From the NCBI GenBank assembly GCA_009602735.1, contig WELA01003449.1:395356-436634 (forward strand): 41,279 nucleotides of DNA, given 5' to 3'. The notes beneath the pieces were generated by a model. That model ran no database searches. It saw only the letters and a program-made list of their open reading frames with translations, and had not been told where the DNA came from. Below, one piece after another: positions 12,508 through 24,381 of this stretch. The first letter of the stretch is position 1; each line of letters starts with the position of its first letter. The DNA is from Mesotaenium endlicherianum. Its lineage: Eukaryota. Both the position numbers and the translations under genes were made by a program.

Positions 12508-15500
12508 ATGATCGTGGTTGACAAGGGGGGGCGCGGCCACTACGCCTCCGTTCAACAGGCCATCGATTCCGTCCCGCTGTCGAACAGAACGAGCGTGACG
12601 ATCTACATCAAGCCGGGCGTGTACCGCGAACAGGCACGTGCGAACGCACCCCCAGAGCTAACTTCAGGCGATTCGGGAGCGGGCGTGAGCGCACACGTGG
12701 AAGAGATTGAGCGCCTGCGCGTTTGTCTACGCGGTTGTGTGCGTGCATGCGCGGGTGCTTGCTGAGATGATGATGGTGCCCCACATGTGTAGACGCGTGC
12801 GTGCGTTGTGTTTCTTCTTACAGACGCCTGCGCGTGCACTTTCACGGGTGTGCTTGCTCGTCTCGGGTGGCGGTGCCCACACGTGCAAATGCACCCGCGC
12901 CATGCATTTTCTTCAATGTGGGCGTCAGCGTGTGCGCGGGTGCGTGTGCGCGTGCCCGTGCGCGTGCGTGTGCGTGTGCATCGGTGCGTGTTCGTATGCA
13001 TGTGCATGTGCGCACGAGCGTGTGCAATTGTGCGCAAGCAGGTGGTGGTGTCCACGTCGCGCAACGCCATCACCCTGAGGGGCAACTCCGCCGCCAACAC
13101 CGTCATTGCCTTCGACGCCTTCAATCAGAAGCCGGGCGGCCCCGACGGGCAGCCCTTTAACACCTACACCTGCTGCACGCTTGCTGTGAGCACGCCTCCG
13201 CCTCCATCTCTGCCCCTGACCTCGGCCTTTTGCCTCAGCCCTGCCTCCACCTCCTCCTCTGCCTCTGCCTCTGCTTCTGCCTTTGTCCCTTCCTCTGCCT
13301 CGGCCTCTGCTTCTGCCTTGGTCCCTTCCTCGGCCTCTGCCTCTGCCTCTGCCTCTACCTCTGACCATGTCTCTGCCCTCTGCCTCTGCGCCAGCCTCTG
13401 CCTTGCCTCAGCCTCAGCCTCGGCGCCTGCTGTATATATTTGATATCACGTGTCCCGCCTCTGCCTCTGCGCCTGCCACTTCCTCTCAGGCTGTTGCTTT
13501 GATCGCTCATCACCTTGCGTGCTGCCTTTGCTTGCTCTGCTCTGCAATTGACTTGGATTGCCGTTACGCACTATTGCACGGGGGCCGTCGCCGCTGGAGT
13601 GGCACTTGTGGCGTGCGTGGCGGCGTGGCCCATGCTCGCGCCGCGCACGGCCCGCAGCTTGCGTGGCAATAAGAATTTCAGCCAGTCCGGCGGTGGCAGA
13701 CGGGTGTAGCTGCGGTTGTATATGCCCTCCGCTAAAAAACTTAGGAATGGCTGTTGCTGGAGGTTTTCCCCTGTCTAGGGTTTCATCACAGAGGAGGCCA
13801 TGTTGAAAGATATGGATAAGAGATGTGGACTCCTCAATCAAGCCTTAATCATAACCCTCCTCCTCCTCCTCCTCCTTTCCCCTCAATATTGTCTCCACTC
13901 TTTCCGCCTCCCCAATCCCGGCCTTTTCCTTTGGCATCCCCCCGAGCAGTATGTTTTGGAAGTGAAAAGAGGCCCTCCCCTCGGCTCTCAAAAATATGAG
14001 TAACAAACCTATGAATATGACAGTAAAGATCTTGTAATAGGGGCTACTGACCACGATTGAGGCAGTGGCTCTCAAAGTTAGGGTTACAGCTCTCAAACTT
14101 ATGGGCGATGTATTGATAATCAGGTTTCCAGCTGGTGGCTGGTGCCCACTGCTCGCGGATCTCGCACCTTCCACCCCCACTCCTGCTCGACGGATGCTGA
14201 CGTGCACATGCGCATGCTCCCACACGCTCACGGAACGCGCATGCGTACGCGCAGATAGCGGTCCCCCCCCCCTTTAACCCCCGTCCCTCCCACCACAAAC
14301 ACATAAGCTTGAACCCGCGCACGCTCCCATGCGCTCAGTAGGCGCACCCACACATGCGCATGCACAGGTGGCGGTCCTGGCTACCCCCCTCCCTGCCTGA
14401 AACTGACGAACTCGAACATGCCTGCACGCGCTCCCACAGACTCCACGAGGCGCTACGAGGCCGCACGAGGCACGCAAGCCGCTTAGGAGGCATGCAAGTC
14501 GCTCACAAGGCGCGCGCGTGCGAGTGCGTGCGAAAGCGTGCAGGTGGAGGCCGACGACTTCACGGCAGTGGGCGTGACGTTCCGCAACGACGCGGGCCCC
14601 GCGTGCGGCGGCGCGTCGGGCCAGCACCAGGCGGCGGCCGCGCGCGTGACGGCCGACCGCGCCGCATTCTACGCGTGCGCCTTCCTTGGCTTCCAGGACA
14701 CGCTATACGCGCACCGCGGCAATGTGTACTTCGAGAGGTGCCTGGTCGAGGGCAGCGTCGACTTCGTGTTTGGCGGGCCGCACGTGTACGCGTGGTTCGG
14801 CGGGTGCCGCCTCCAGTCGCGTGGCCCCGGGTGGTGCACCGCACAGTTCCGTGACCTGGAGAAGTTTCCAGGCGATCGCGGGGGCTTTGTATTCGACGGC
14901 TGCGCTTTCACAGGTGAGGGGTCGCGGGGCAGGGCTTTCGCGGGGGAGGGCGTGTCGCACACACCCCAACGGGGGGACACAGGGGGGGAAGGAAGGGGGG
15001 GGGGCGGGTTTACCTTTCAACTTTTCAGGAGGTGCATCGCTTTGCGCCTGAGCCAGGTTGCCTGCCGCATGATTTCAAGTTCAGGGTCTAGGGGGATTTG
15101 GGTTAGGGCTAGAATAAAGATTAGGGTTGGGGTTAGGATGCTGAGGGTTTGAGGGTTTGAAGATTGTCTTGCACGTGTGCCTGGATGCGATGGGGGAGAG
15201 TGCATGTGAACACACGTGTACGCGATTCCATTCGCGCACGTGCGTGCACACTGTCACGTCATGCGCAGGGTCGCCAACGCTCCCGAGACGTGCAGAACTC
15301 TGCAAGCTGCATGTCAGCGCTCCGCTGCATGTGCTTCCTGGGCGTGGGGGTGGGGGGCATCGCCCCGTTCACCATTCTCAAATTGTTTTTCACTCGTGAA
15401 CTTGATTAGCCTCCCGTATGCTTTGCTCTGCAGGCGGAGATGGCGTGGAGGCGGGGTCGGTGTATCTGGGCCGTCCCTGGCAGCCGGACGCTCGCGTCGT

Positions 15501-16262
15501 GCTGCTGCGCTGCTTCCTGGGCCGCCACGTGGCGCGGGTTGGTTGGGACAAGTGGGACCAAAACACAGATCCCGCACGGCCCACCTTTTTGGAATTCAAG
15601 AGCGCTGGTCCTGGCGCTCTGCAGGTACGCAATTTCCAGTTCTGGTATCTTAAAGAACAATTTAAAGAAGGAAACCAAACAAAATACAATGAGAAAACAA
15701 CTAAGGTAGAGCTAACTAAGTCATTCCTGAGAAGAAATGCGAGCCTAGTCGTCGTTGGCAGCTGCCTGATCAATATTTCCACCCTCGCTCGTTGTTGTTT
15801 TCTTGTTTTCTCTCACCCTCATTGTGCTTCATCGCGTACTCCTTTGCCGTCTCAAGAAACGGATCACAACCATTTCGGAGATGAGCGAGCAATGCTCCTC
15901 GCTTCTTGATAGTTTCGAAGGCGTGGAGCTCTCCGCCCCAGGCTTCGAGCGTGTGAGCTTCTCGCTTGCAGGTATGAACAGGGCCCTAGTCGTGTCAGCC
16001 TTCAGGTACATCTTGGCAGCTCCTTACAGAGAGGGCTGTTGTTTCCAACTGGCAGAGCAACTCCCAAGCTCGCGACATTGGGAAGACAGTTGGCCTGGAA
16101 GAGGTCGCACCGTTTCTGGTGCCCGAGAGATTCTTCAGCTGCCCGGAAACGTTCCCGGGGCCTGCACCCGAGTACACTCTCGAAGGCCTGCCCGGCCCGA
16201 ACGGGACGCCAGGTGTCAGCGGCTCTTTAGTTGCGTCTGTAGCACAGCTGAATGTGCTTTGA
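12508..16262 (+). CDS. Pectin methylesterase (pectinesterase, CE8), paralogue 2
   Basis: Exons 12508-12633 (GC donor), 13042-13185, 14544-14913, 15434-15624, 16056-16262, phases consistent. All five PME motifs are present: GVYRE, QAAAARV, QDTLY, GSVDFVFG, YLGRPW. The start codon is uncertain because the frame is open back to ~12418, so an upstream exon is possible. Confidence 0.9.
13255..13425. repeat. (GCCTCT)n degenerate hexamer repeat, intronic
   Basis: Tandem GCCTCT/GCTTCT/GCCTCA units within intron 2 of PME paralogue 2. Confidence 0.9.
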
Positions 16263-17841
16263 AATTTGGATTGATTGCGAAACGTGAAACCTGGGGCCCC
16301 GCGACTCGCAATTCTTGGAGATGTATGCATAGTTCTTTCTTTCTATTCTCTCCCACTTGGGGCAGCTTCTTTGTGTTTTTTGAAGAGAGGCTGTCTACGT
16401 CGAGGTACTGACATTCCCTCACGCACCTGACTCATTTTTTCATTTTTCATCACCTTCATCCGCGGCAATGATTTTTTCCCTTATAAATCGTCATTGTTCC
16501 ATGAACTGTACTTTGATCAAGAAGGTAGACATATAATATGAAGATCCCTACGGGCATCAGCTTGGAGGATGTTACCTTGGAGCTCAAATTGATATTATGG
16601 GGAGGAGCTTCAGCCTTCAGGGGCTAATGGTTGAGAGATACGCATTGGGCTCGGTGCTTATGTTGCCTGCTAGGTGTTCCTCTTTCTTGGCACTCTAGCT
16701 TCGTTTGTGGAGAGGGTATAGAAGCACGAACGCACTGCCGAGCATTACTCAGTCGCTTTCCTCACTTGGGTGGCCTTTGTTTGTTGGGCAGCATTGCGTG
16801 CATACTCGTGTACGAATGTTAAGGTATGTGTTTTAGCTGCATGTTAGAAATAAATCAAGCAGAAGCAATAGTGCTTGAGATATGAATGCTGCAGCAAAAT
16901 CTTCACTTTACGAGCCTCTAGGGGACGTGTACCTTTGTTCGGATGCCAGTCTTGCCCTCATTAAAATGCACTTATGCCTTTAGGAGGGAAAACAAAACCG
17001 ATAGCAGCTAGGAGAGGAACAATGTTCTTAGTACATCCTGGTTCCTCCTCCAATTTTCAAAATTAAGGTCTTTAATCAACTCTGAAAACACGTGTGAGCT
17101 AGCTCGTCTGATGAAAGATAGAGAGAACAAGAGGTTGGGGTTCTGCGTGATTTCTAAAAGAACATGCATCACATTACAAGCCGTGACTACGGGCCGATGC
17201 CTTGAGCTAAATACAGAGCTCAGCGCCCGAGTGCAAAAAAACCCACCAACTTGTATTCTACGTGTGGTGCCACAAGGGCCTGCCACAATTAAAGCTCATG
17301 CAAATGACGAGCCTCAAAATAGGAAGAGTCGGAAAGAAAGGGGGATGAAACTCGAGCCTCGAGCGACTCACAGATCACCCAAAGCCGCGTTCTGCCGGAT
17401 CTCCAGTCAGTCTGTCTGTACGCTGCTTGCATTTGGCAATGCGAGATTAAACTACCTGAGAAGGTTTTTGCAGCATGCAGAATTGCCCACTATCTCCCAT
17501 GCAGGTGTGTGACTTGACTTGCAATGCTCCCAGGCAAGTGGTGACATGTGTCGCTACGACTTAGGCAGAGATCACGTCTGCCTATCCTAGACTTAGTCAA
17601 CAGAGAATCAGAGGAACTTCTGCACTTAGCAGACACTTGGCGGGTGATCCCAATATATGTCCCGTATAGGTCTTTGAAAAAACACAGTCCCTTTTCACCC
17701 TTGCTCAATTGCATCAAGTGCAGCCTTCACATCGTCTCTTGAGCTCAATCACAAATCGTGCAAGCACAATCTGCATGCGGGCAACTCTAAAAGAACGTGT
17801 GGCGCAGCGGCTGGCTGCGGCTGGCCGGGCGGGTGCCCCTC

Positions 17842-20800
17842 TCAGCAATCAAAGAGCGGCTGCTGAGGCCCCGGGTCAGCGGAGTAGAAGAGCTTCAGCA
17901 GGGGATGCTTAAAGTCTGCGTGGCCACAGGTCGCCTCGCAGGCCTGGCACATGTTGAAGTCCTGGCAGGTCGTGCAGTTGTAGCGCACGCCCACGATGGG
18001 ACTCACTCTGCGCCCTTGAGCATACGCGAGCACACACACACACACACACACACACTCAGACTACATAGACGACGCGAAAACGCACATGCTTCAAATCTCA
18101 CCCTGTGAGCAGGCCAAACAGCACAAAACGTCATCATCGCATGGCGACCGAAGGACCCCGTTGCCCTTTCAGCTACACAAGGTACAGCAGATTCCAGAAG
18201 TTTCTCACAATCTCCTTGCCTTGCCCCCCCCCCCGGCCGGCCAGCCGCTGACCAGTGCCTTGATTGAGATCGTGGGCATGGGGGGGAAAGTGGAGGAAAG
18301 TGGATGAAGGGGCTGATGAGAAGAGCAGATGGGGAAGAGGACGCACTGAATACCGCAAATCAATGCAGACTCCTGTCATATGAATCCAAGCGCAAGCTGG
18401 ACATGGACATGCAGTTCCATGACGCTTCCGGAGAATAGCTCCGTACGGCCGCCCCCACCCGCCCGCCCACCCGCCTGCGCCGCCCGCCCGAGCTCGTGTA
18501 GCTCCTTGCGACTTTGTGCTCTTTTGGGTCTTCTTTGTCAATGCTTCTTTCGAGAAACGTTTTGTTTTGATTCATTCTTTAGTAGGTTGCAGGGCCCCCA
18601 GGTGAAGGTAGGACCCCAGATTGGGAGGTCATCACAAATTGGCCTTTTGGTGGGAGTTCAGGATTCCGACTTTATTTCAGTGGGTGGTTAAAGAGCAGCA
18701 CCAGAGAGACATTGTGCTATTGTGAAGGAGAAAACGGGGGGGGGAAGGAGGGAGGGAGGCAGGGAGGGAGGGAGGGAGAGGGGATGGGAGATGGGCAGCA
18801 AGACAAGCTTGTCCTTCTGGCCATATGCAGCGCTCTGCATTAAAAAAAGCTAAATTGGTCAGAGATATTCAGTGCTCTTTCCAGCACTTCGATTCGGCAC
18901 ATGAGGGCATTTGCAGAGAGCTCAAAGGGGGTACTAAGCATGAAGAGCCCCTTAATGCGAATAGCGTGTGTTTGCCCTCCTCTTGCACCTCTGTAGCCTG
19001 CGGGGACTGGGCTGGTCAGATCCATATCAATAGACACTAGGCAGTCAGCGTCTGCACACCTCCAGCTTCCAAGCTTCACTTTGCCCGATGCATGGACTGC
19101 CGAGACGTTCCGTGAGTGGGGCGTCAGAGGCAGCCAGCAGCCAGCGCGCAAAGGAGAGGCAGAGAGATTAGAGTACGTTGAGAACAGGGCTGGCAGCACA
19201 CATCGCAAGACCCGGCGAGACCCAAGCACAAGCATCATTGCCACCGCACCATAAAACTTCTTCAGGAGAACCTTGTCCAAAACTCCCCCCACCACCCCTC
19301 TCCTCTTGTTGGAAACTTCCCCTCCTCCACCCCCCTGGGCACACCAGCCTTGAGCCCCCACTCACCCGCAGAGGTCGCAGCTCCAGCCGTAGTGGACCAG
19401 CTTCTCCAGGGAGTGCAGCGCGGGGTTCTTCCCGTACACGACGAGCGAGCTGTCAACGCAGAAGAACGCGTGGCTCCGCGGGTGGTGCGCCTGCGCGCGC
19501 CGGCAGGGCCCGCACTGCACATGGTTGGGGCACACCGAGCACTTGTAGTACGTCTGCCCGAGTGGGACAGCAATTTCACACACGCTGCAAACTGCCCCAA
19601 GGGAGGGCGTGGAGCGCGGGGACTGCGGCGACAAGGGCGCGTCGAGCCGCCGGTTGGAAGATTCCGGAGAAGGAGGTTGGGGGGGAGGGTGCCAGCACCT
19701 CTCCTCTTCCCGGGCCCTCTCCCTCAGGCCCCTGTGGGCCAATTTTGGAGCCGGTGAGGTGGGAGCGTGCCAGCTCGTTGGCGCCTGAAAGGGCTGAGGC
19801 GGAGCAAAGAAGCGTGCAGGGGGGGGCTCGCATGGTGCCGGGGCGAAGTGGAAGTGGACCTTCTTCTCGGGAACCCAAGGTGCTGGCGGCGGGGCCTCCT
19901 GCTGCTCCCAGCTTGGCTCGGGAAGGTCTCCAAGGAAGGGCACGCTGAAGGGGGGCGCCCTGCTTCTACTCTCCTGCAGGTCGTAGCCCTCCCTGTTGTG
20001 CTTTCTCTGCTCCTGCTCCTGCTCCTGCTCCTGTTCCTGCTCCTGCTCCCTTTCCTGCTCGTACTCGTGCTCTTGATCCAGCCACTGCTGCCTGCGCAGT
20101 TGGCGCCAGTGCTGCCGCTCCTGCTCCTGCTCCTTCTCTTGCTGCCGCTGTTGTCGCAACCGGCGCTGCTGCTGCTGCTGCTGCTGCTGCTCATGCTCCC
20201 GCTCCATCTCCGGCTTTTGTTGCTGCTGCTGCTGCCGCCGCTGCTGTAGTTGGCGCGGCTGCCGCTGCGCCTGCTGCGGGCTGCGGGCTCCTAATGCAAA
20301 GCTCTGGGAGCGAGGGTAGTGCACGCCGGCATCCTCCTCCTCCAACACGGGGCCTGCCCCCGCGTCTGTCGCTCGCCTCTCTGCTGCCACTTCGAGGTTG
20401 CCCAGTACCACTCTCTTTCGTTCGAGTTGCTCTCCCCCGCGCTCGTGCGGTTCTACGAGCCAGGCAGGCATGAGGTCCGCCACAACTTTCCTGCTGCTGC
20501 TGCTGCTGCTGCCGTTGGAGGCGAAGACTGCGTGAGGGGAGCTGGCAATGCTGAAGCAGCGTAGGGGGGGGCCTTCCAGCTGCCGATCAGTCCTGGCTGG
20601 GGGAGAAGGCAGCTCCAAGCCTGGGCCCAGCGCGCCTTCGCTTTGCCTCAGAAACAACGTGGAGCTGACACCCCCTTCCTCCTTTCTCTCCTTTCTTTCC
20701 AAGTCCGCGCACGCGAGCACGCTCGGGGCACACCCCTCCGCGCAGTCGACATCTGGCGCGAGGGAGGACTCCGCTTCCCGGTCGTGGTCGTCGTGCAGGC

Positions 20801-23660
20801 GCTGCAACGCCCTGCGGACACGTGGCTCCTCCACAGGGCCCACCATACACTCCGAGTAGAGATCCTCCCCCTGCCGCACCTCCCTCTCCTCCTCCTCCCG
20901 TTGCCGCTGCTGCTGCTGCTGCTTTTGCAGCTGCATCTGCGGCTGCTGCTGCGGGGAGGGGAAAGAAGCACCACCTGAAACTGCACCAGTACCTGCGTTT
21001 GCAGCAGCGTCTTCTCCATCCCCCGCCCTCTCTTCCGGCCTTGCTGCTAGCGGTTGGCGGCAGCCCTCGCATGCGCAGGGAGGAGGGGGCGCAACAGACT
21101 TAGGAGCGTTGCATTGAGTGGCACTGAGCCAGCGATGGTCAAAGCCGCCAAGGTCCACTTCTTTTGTCTTGTAGCCGCCGCCTGGGGCCACTCCGAAGAA
21201 GGCGGGGTGCTCCCCCACCGGCCGCGCCGGGGCCGCGGGCCCAAGGGGCGCCCCCGCCGGCAGCGCCTCGAGCGCCGCCAGCTGGCGTGCCATGCTCTGC
21301 AGCGCACGGGGGCCGGCCGCGCCGCCCGCCGTGGCCTGCACCAGCAGCACCGTGACGCGCACGGGAAAGCGCGTGTCGCGCTCACACAGCGGAAAGCCCC
21401 TGAGGAAAGCATAGGGCCCCTTCATATGCCCGACTGTGAACAGCGCCGCTGCCACCTGCTCCTCCTCCTTCTCCTCTTGCTGCCACACGCGCTCTGACTG
21501 CGCCTCCTCCAGCATGCAGAAGCCTGCCCCGCCGCCGCCTCCGCCGCCAGCACTGGCATGGGCGTGGGCGTGGGGGTCGCCGGGGGCGGGGGCGGGGGCG
21601 GGAGCGTGGACGTCAGGGGGCGAAGGGGTGCAGCTGGCGCAATTGGTGGAGGGGGAGGAGCGGGGCAGGCTGGCAGGCGCAAATGTGCGAGGGAGAGGCT
21701 GTGATGAGACCGGAGACGCCACTTGGCGTGCACACGAGACGAGCGGCGGGAGGTCGGGTAAAAGAGTCCAGGAGGGATGGAAGGGCTCGGGAGCTCGTTG
21801 CGCCCTACGCTCGTGAATCTGTCTCAGCGGCACCTGCACATGCGGATGTATGTACATGCGGGTTGAGCCCGCAGATGGGGGGACACACACACGCACGCAG
21901 AGGCGCACACGCCGTGCGTGCATGCGCGGAGACGCACACAGACTCACACACTCTCACGTGCAAAGACATGCACGCAGGCACACACACACACACATGCATG
22001 CAGGCAGGCACACACATACGGAAACACACAAAAAACATTCGCACACAGACACACGCGCACCTGCAAGCACACACACTCTCAGACACATGTAGCGTTGCTC
22101 TTGTGTATCAATCGGTGCTGCATGAAAGCAACAAATTGGCACCAAGCCGGCCAACCTGAAATCTTGCTCTAGGCTTGTCATGGTCATCACATGACTGATG
22201 TGGTTCTGCACGGAGCACAGGGAGAGAGGAGAGAAGCTTTCTGCTTGGCAGCAAATGAAGGCTCAAACATCGATCAGATCACATCCCGCGCTCGTCATTT
22301 AGAGTAGTCCCATCAATCATACTGCATTCTCGCGCGAGCAATAAGAGCCTTGCCTTCATCGACTAGCCAATCCCCACCAACCTTCCACTTACTATCCTTC
22401 TAATCTATTGCCTTTTCATATGTTTTGACCTCTACCTACCCACAATCAACTGTGCTTCTCGCAATCACGCGCGTCGCGCACCTGAATGACGAGGATGGAG
22501 CTCTGGTTCAGCTCCTCCGCCTCTGCCGTGGGGCTCCTCTGCCGCTGCCTCTCAGGTTCCCGGGCCCGCAGGGCCTGGAAGGGGCACTTCAGCTCCCCCC
22601 GGTTGAACCATAGAAGCTGCCCTTCCCTTTCTGCACGCGCGCACTCACGTGCACAGGCCAGGGGGATGACGGGGAGAGATGAGTGTGCGACGTTGTCGTC
22701 TCGAGCACGCTGTCATGGCGCGGAGGAATCCTGGACCGGAGGACAAACAGCGGGCGCTTGCTGCTACATACATGCACACATGCAGCATATTGCGAGGATA
22801 CTTCGTTTCTGCTATGCACAAGCAGAGATGAGCCCGTAGTGAGCACTACGGTTTGACCGAATGTGAATCCCAGCAAGCGCGGCTGGCTGCTGCAGCTGAT
22901 GCCAGCGCGTCGATCTGCCGGTCTGCCGGCCAGGGAGACTAAGGCAATGCCCGGCTACTAAACACACGTCTGCATTGCCTGTGTGTTGATAAGGCCCGAG
23001 CTTACCTCCAACTTTGATCTGCGCGCTGGTGCCGAGCGCGCTGGCGACGATGGCCAGCACAGCGGGCCGCTCCTTCTTCGTGGTGCACGTGAAGAGCGAC
23101 AAGTGGAAGTCCACAACGTCGCGGGCGCAGGCTGTGGCTGGGAGGGGCAGCAGGGAGGCCTGCGCCGTCACCACAGCCTCCTCGTCAGCGTTGGGGTCCG
23201 CTGACATCAGCAGCCCCTGCTCTGGAAGCTTCCGGGAGGCGCACGTGGCGCCCCATCCTGTGTGGTCCTGAATGCTCCGGAGGTACTCTTTGAGGGAGAG
23301 AGACCTCAGCTCGGTCAGGGGAAAATTTTCGTTGCCCGCCACCAGACGGATGTTGGCAAGGGGCACCCGCCACGCCCTGTTGAGGTAGTCAGGAGGCCGG
23401 ATGATTGGCATGAGCTTCCTGTCCACAAACAGACACGTGTCGCCACAGCAGGGGCCCCACTCGTAGCCTTTCTTCATCACGCAGCTCCACCAAGACACAG
23501 TCTGGAGGGACACGCCATGCTGCGAGGATGCACCCTCTTGGTCTTTGTCCTCTGCGACAGGGCTTGCAACTCTTCTAACAAGCTCCTCCCGAGTCAGCCT
23601 GGGGGCAATATCGAAATCAAACGAGTTTTCTCGAGATCCTCCGCCCATGCTGAGACACAT
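17842..23660 (-). CDS. ~1145 aa protein: uncharacterised N-terminal domain + low-complexity Q/E/P linker + two ZZ-type zinc fingers
   Basis: Exons 23660-23006, 22630-22482, 21833-19366 and 18007-17842 join in frame via GT-AG introns (phases 1, 0, 2; 3438 nt in total). C-terminal fingers are CSVC...YKCSVCPNHVQCGPC...HHPRSH and HYGWSCDLCGVSPIVGVRYNCTTCQDFNMCQACE...H...H (canonical ZZ). The start may instead be the ATG at 23648. Confidence 0.85.
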
Positions 23661-24232
23661 CAGAGTAAGCCTGTTGTGATTTTACTTACGAGCTTAATGC
23701 CGTTTTTGAGTATGGACGCATTCCTCTTTAGCACTCTTAGAAAAGCTTAATACAGCTCATATTCTGAGCACGTTTTTGAACACCTTAAGTTTCCTTGTAG
23801 TTCAAATTACTGGTCCCGTGTTGAGGCTTCTGTTCTTAGCAGTTCTTAGCATGCGGAGCTGACAACGTCTTAGGGCAACGAGAACACGAGTTCACTTTTC
23901 TGGGGATCTTCGGTCTCTCATCCTGTATGTACTTTTCGTAGAGCAAAAAAAGTGCGTCATAAGCCACGACTTGGTCCTAGACCTGTTGAAGTGTTAGATA
24001 CGGTAACGCTACAGCCGCGGGACTCGTCTGCACCCGTTTGTCCTCACCTCATGTAGTGCGACGAGAGCTGACAAAAATGGGCGGCATTTCAAAATGCTCC
24101 AAAGCGTACTGCAGGCGCGTTCATTGCGAAGCTGTAAAAGTTCGGCATTCTTTTGACGCTTCTTTCAAATTCGTGCCACGATTGACCTCAGTAATTTTGA
24201 CTGTGTTCAAACTTCAAGCTGGTCAAGCAGGC

Positions 24233-24381
24233 CGTTTGAGCCTCGAGGTGATTCGAGGCCAGTTCGAGGCTGTTCGAGGCATGGTTCGAGGCTGTTCGAG
24301 GCAGTTCGAGGCAGTTTGAGGCACTTCAAAGCTGCTTCAAACTTCGAGCTTGTAGCTTCGTTTGGCTTCGTTCTGGCTTCG
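24233..24381. repeat. Degenerate ~10 bp tandem repeat (GCAGTTCGAG / GCTTCG)
   Basis: About 7 copies of GTTCGAGGC(A/T) decaying into GCTTCG units. Confidence 0.85.

Noticed and set aside
12808..13443. ORF with SASASA repeats, and the antisense RGRGRG ORF
   Set aside because: These are translations of an intronic (GCCTCT)n repeat. Only 13042-13185 is exon.
24233..24381. CRISPR-like array
   Set aside because: The units are ~10 bp with no unique spacers, the context is eukaryotic and there are no cas genes.
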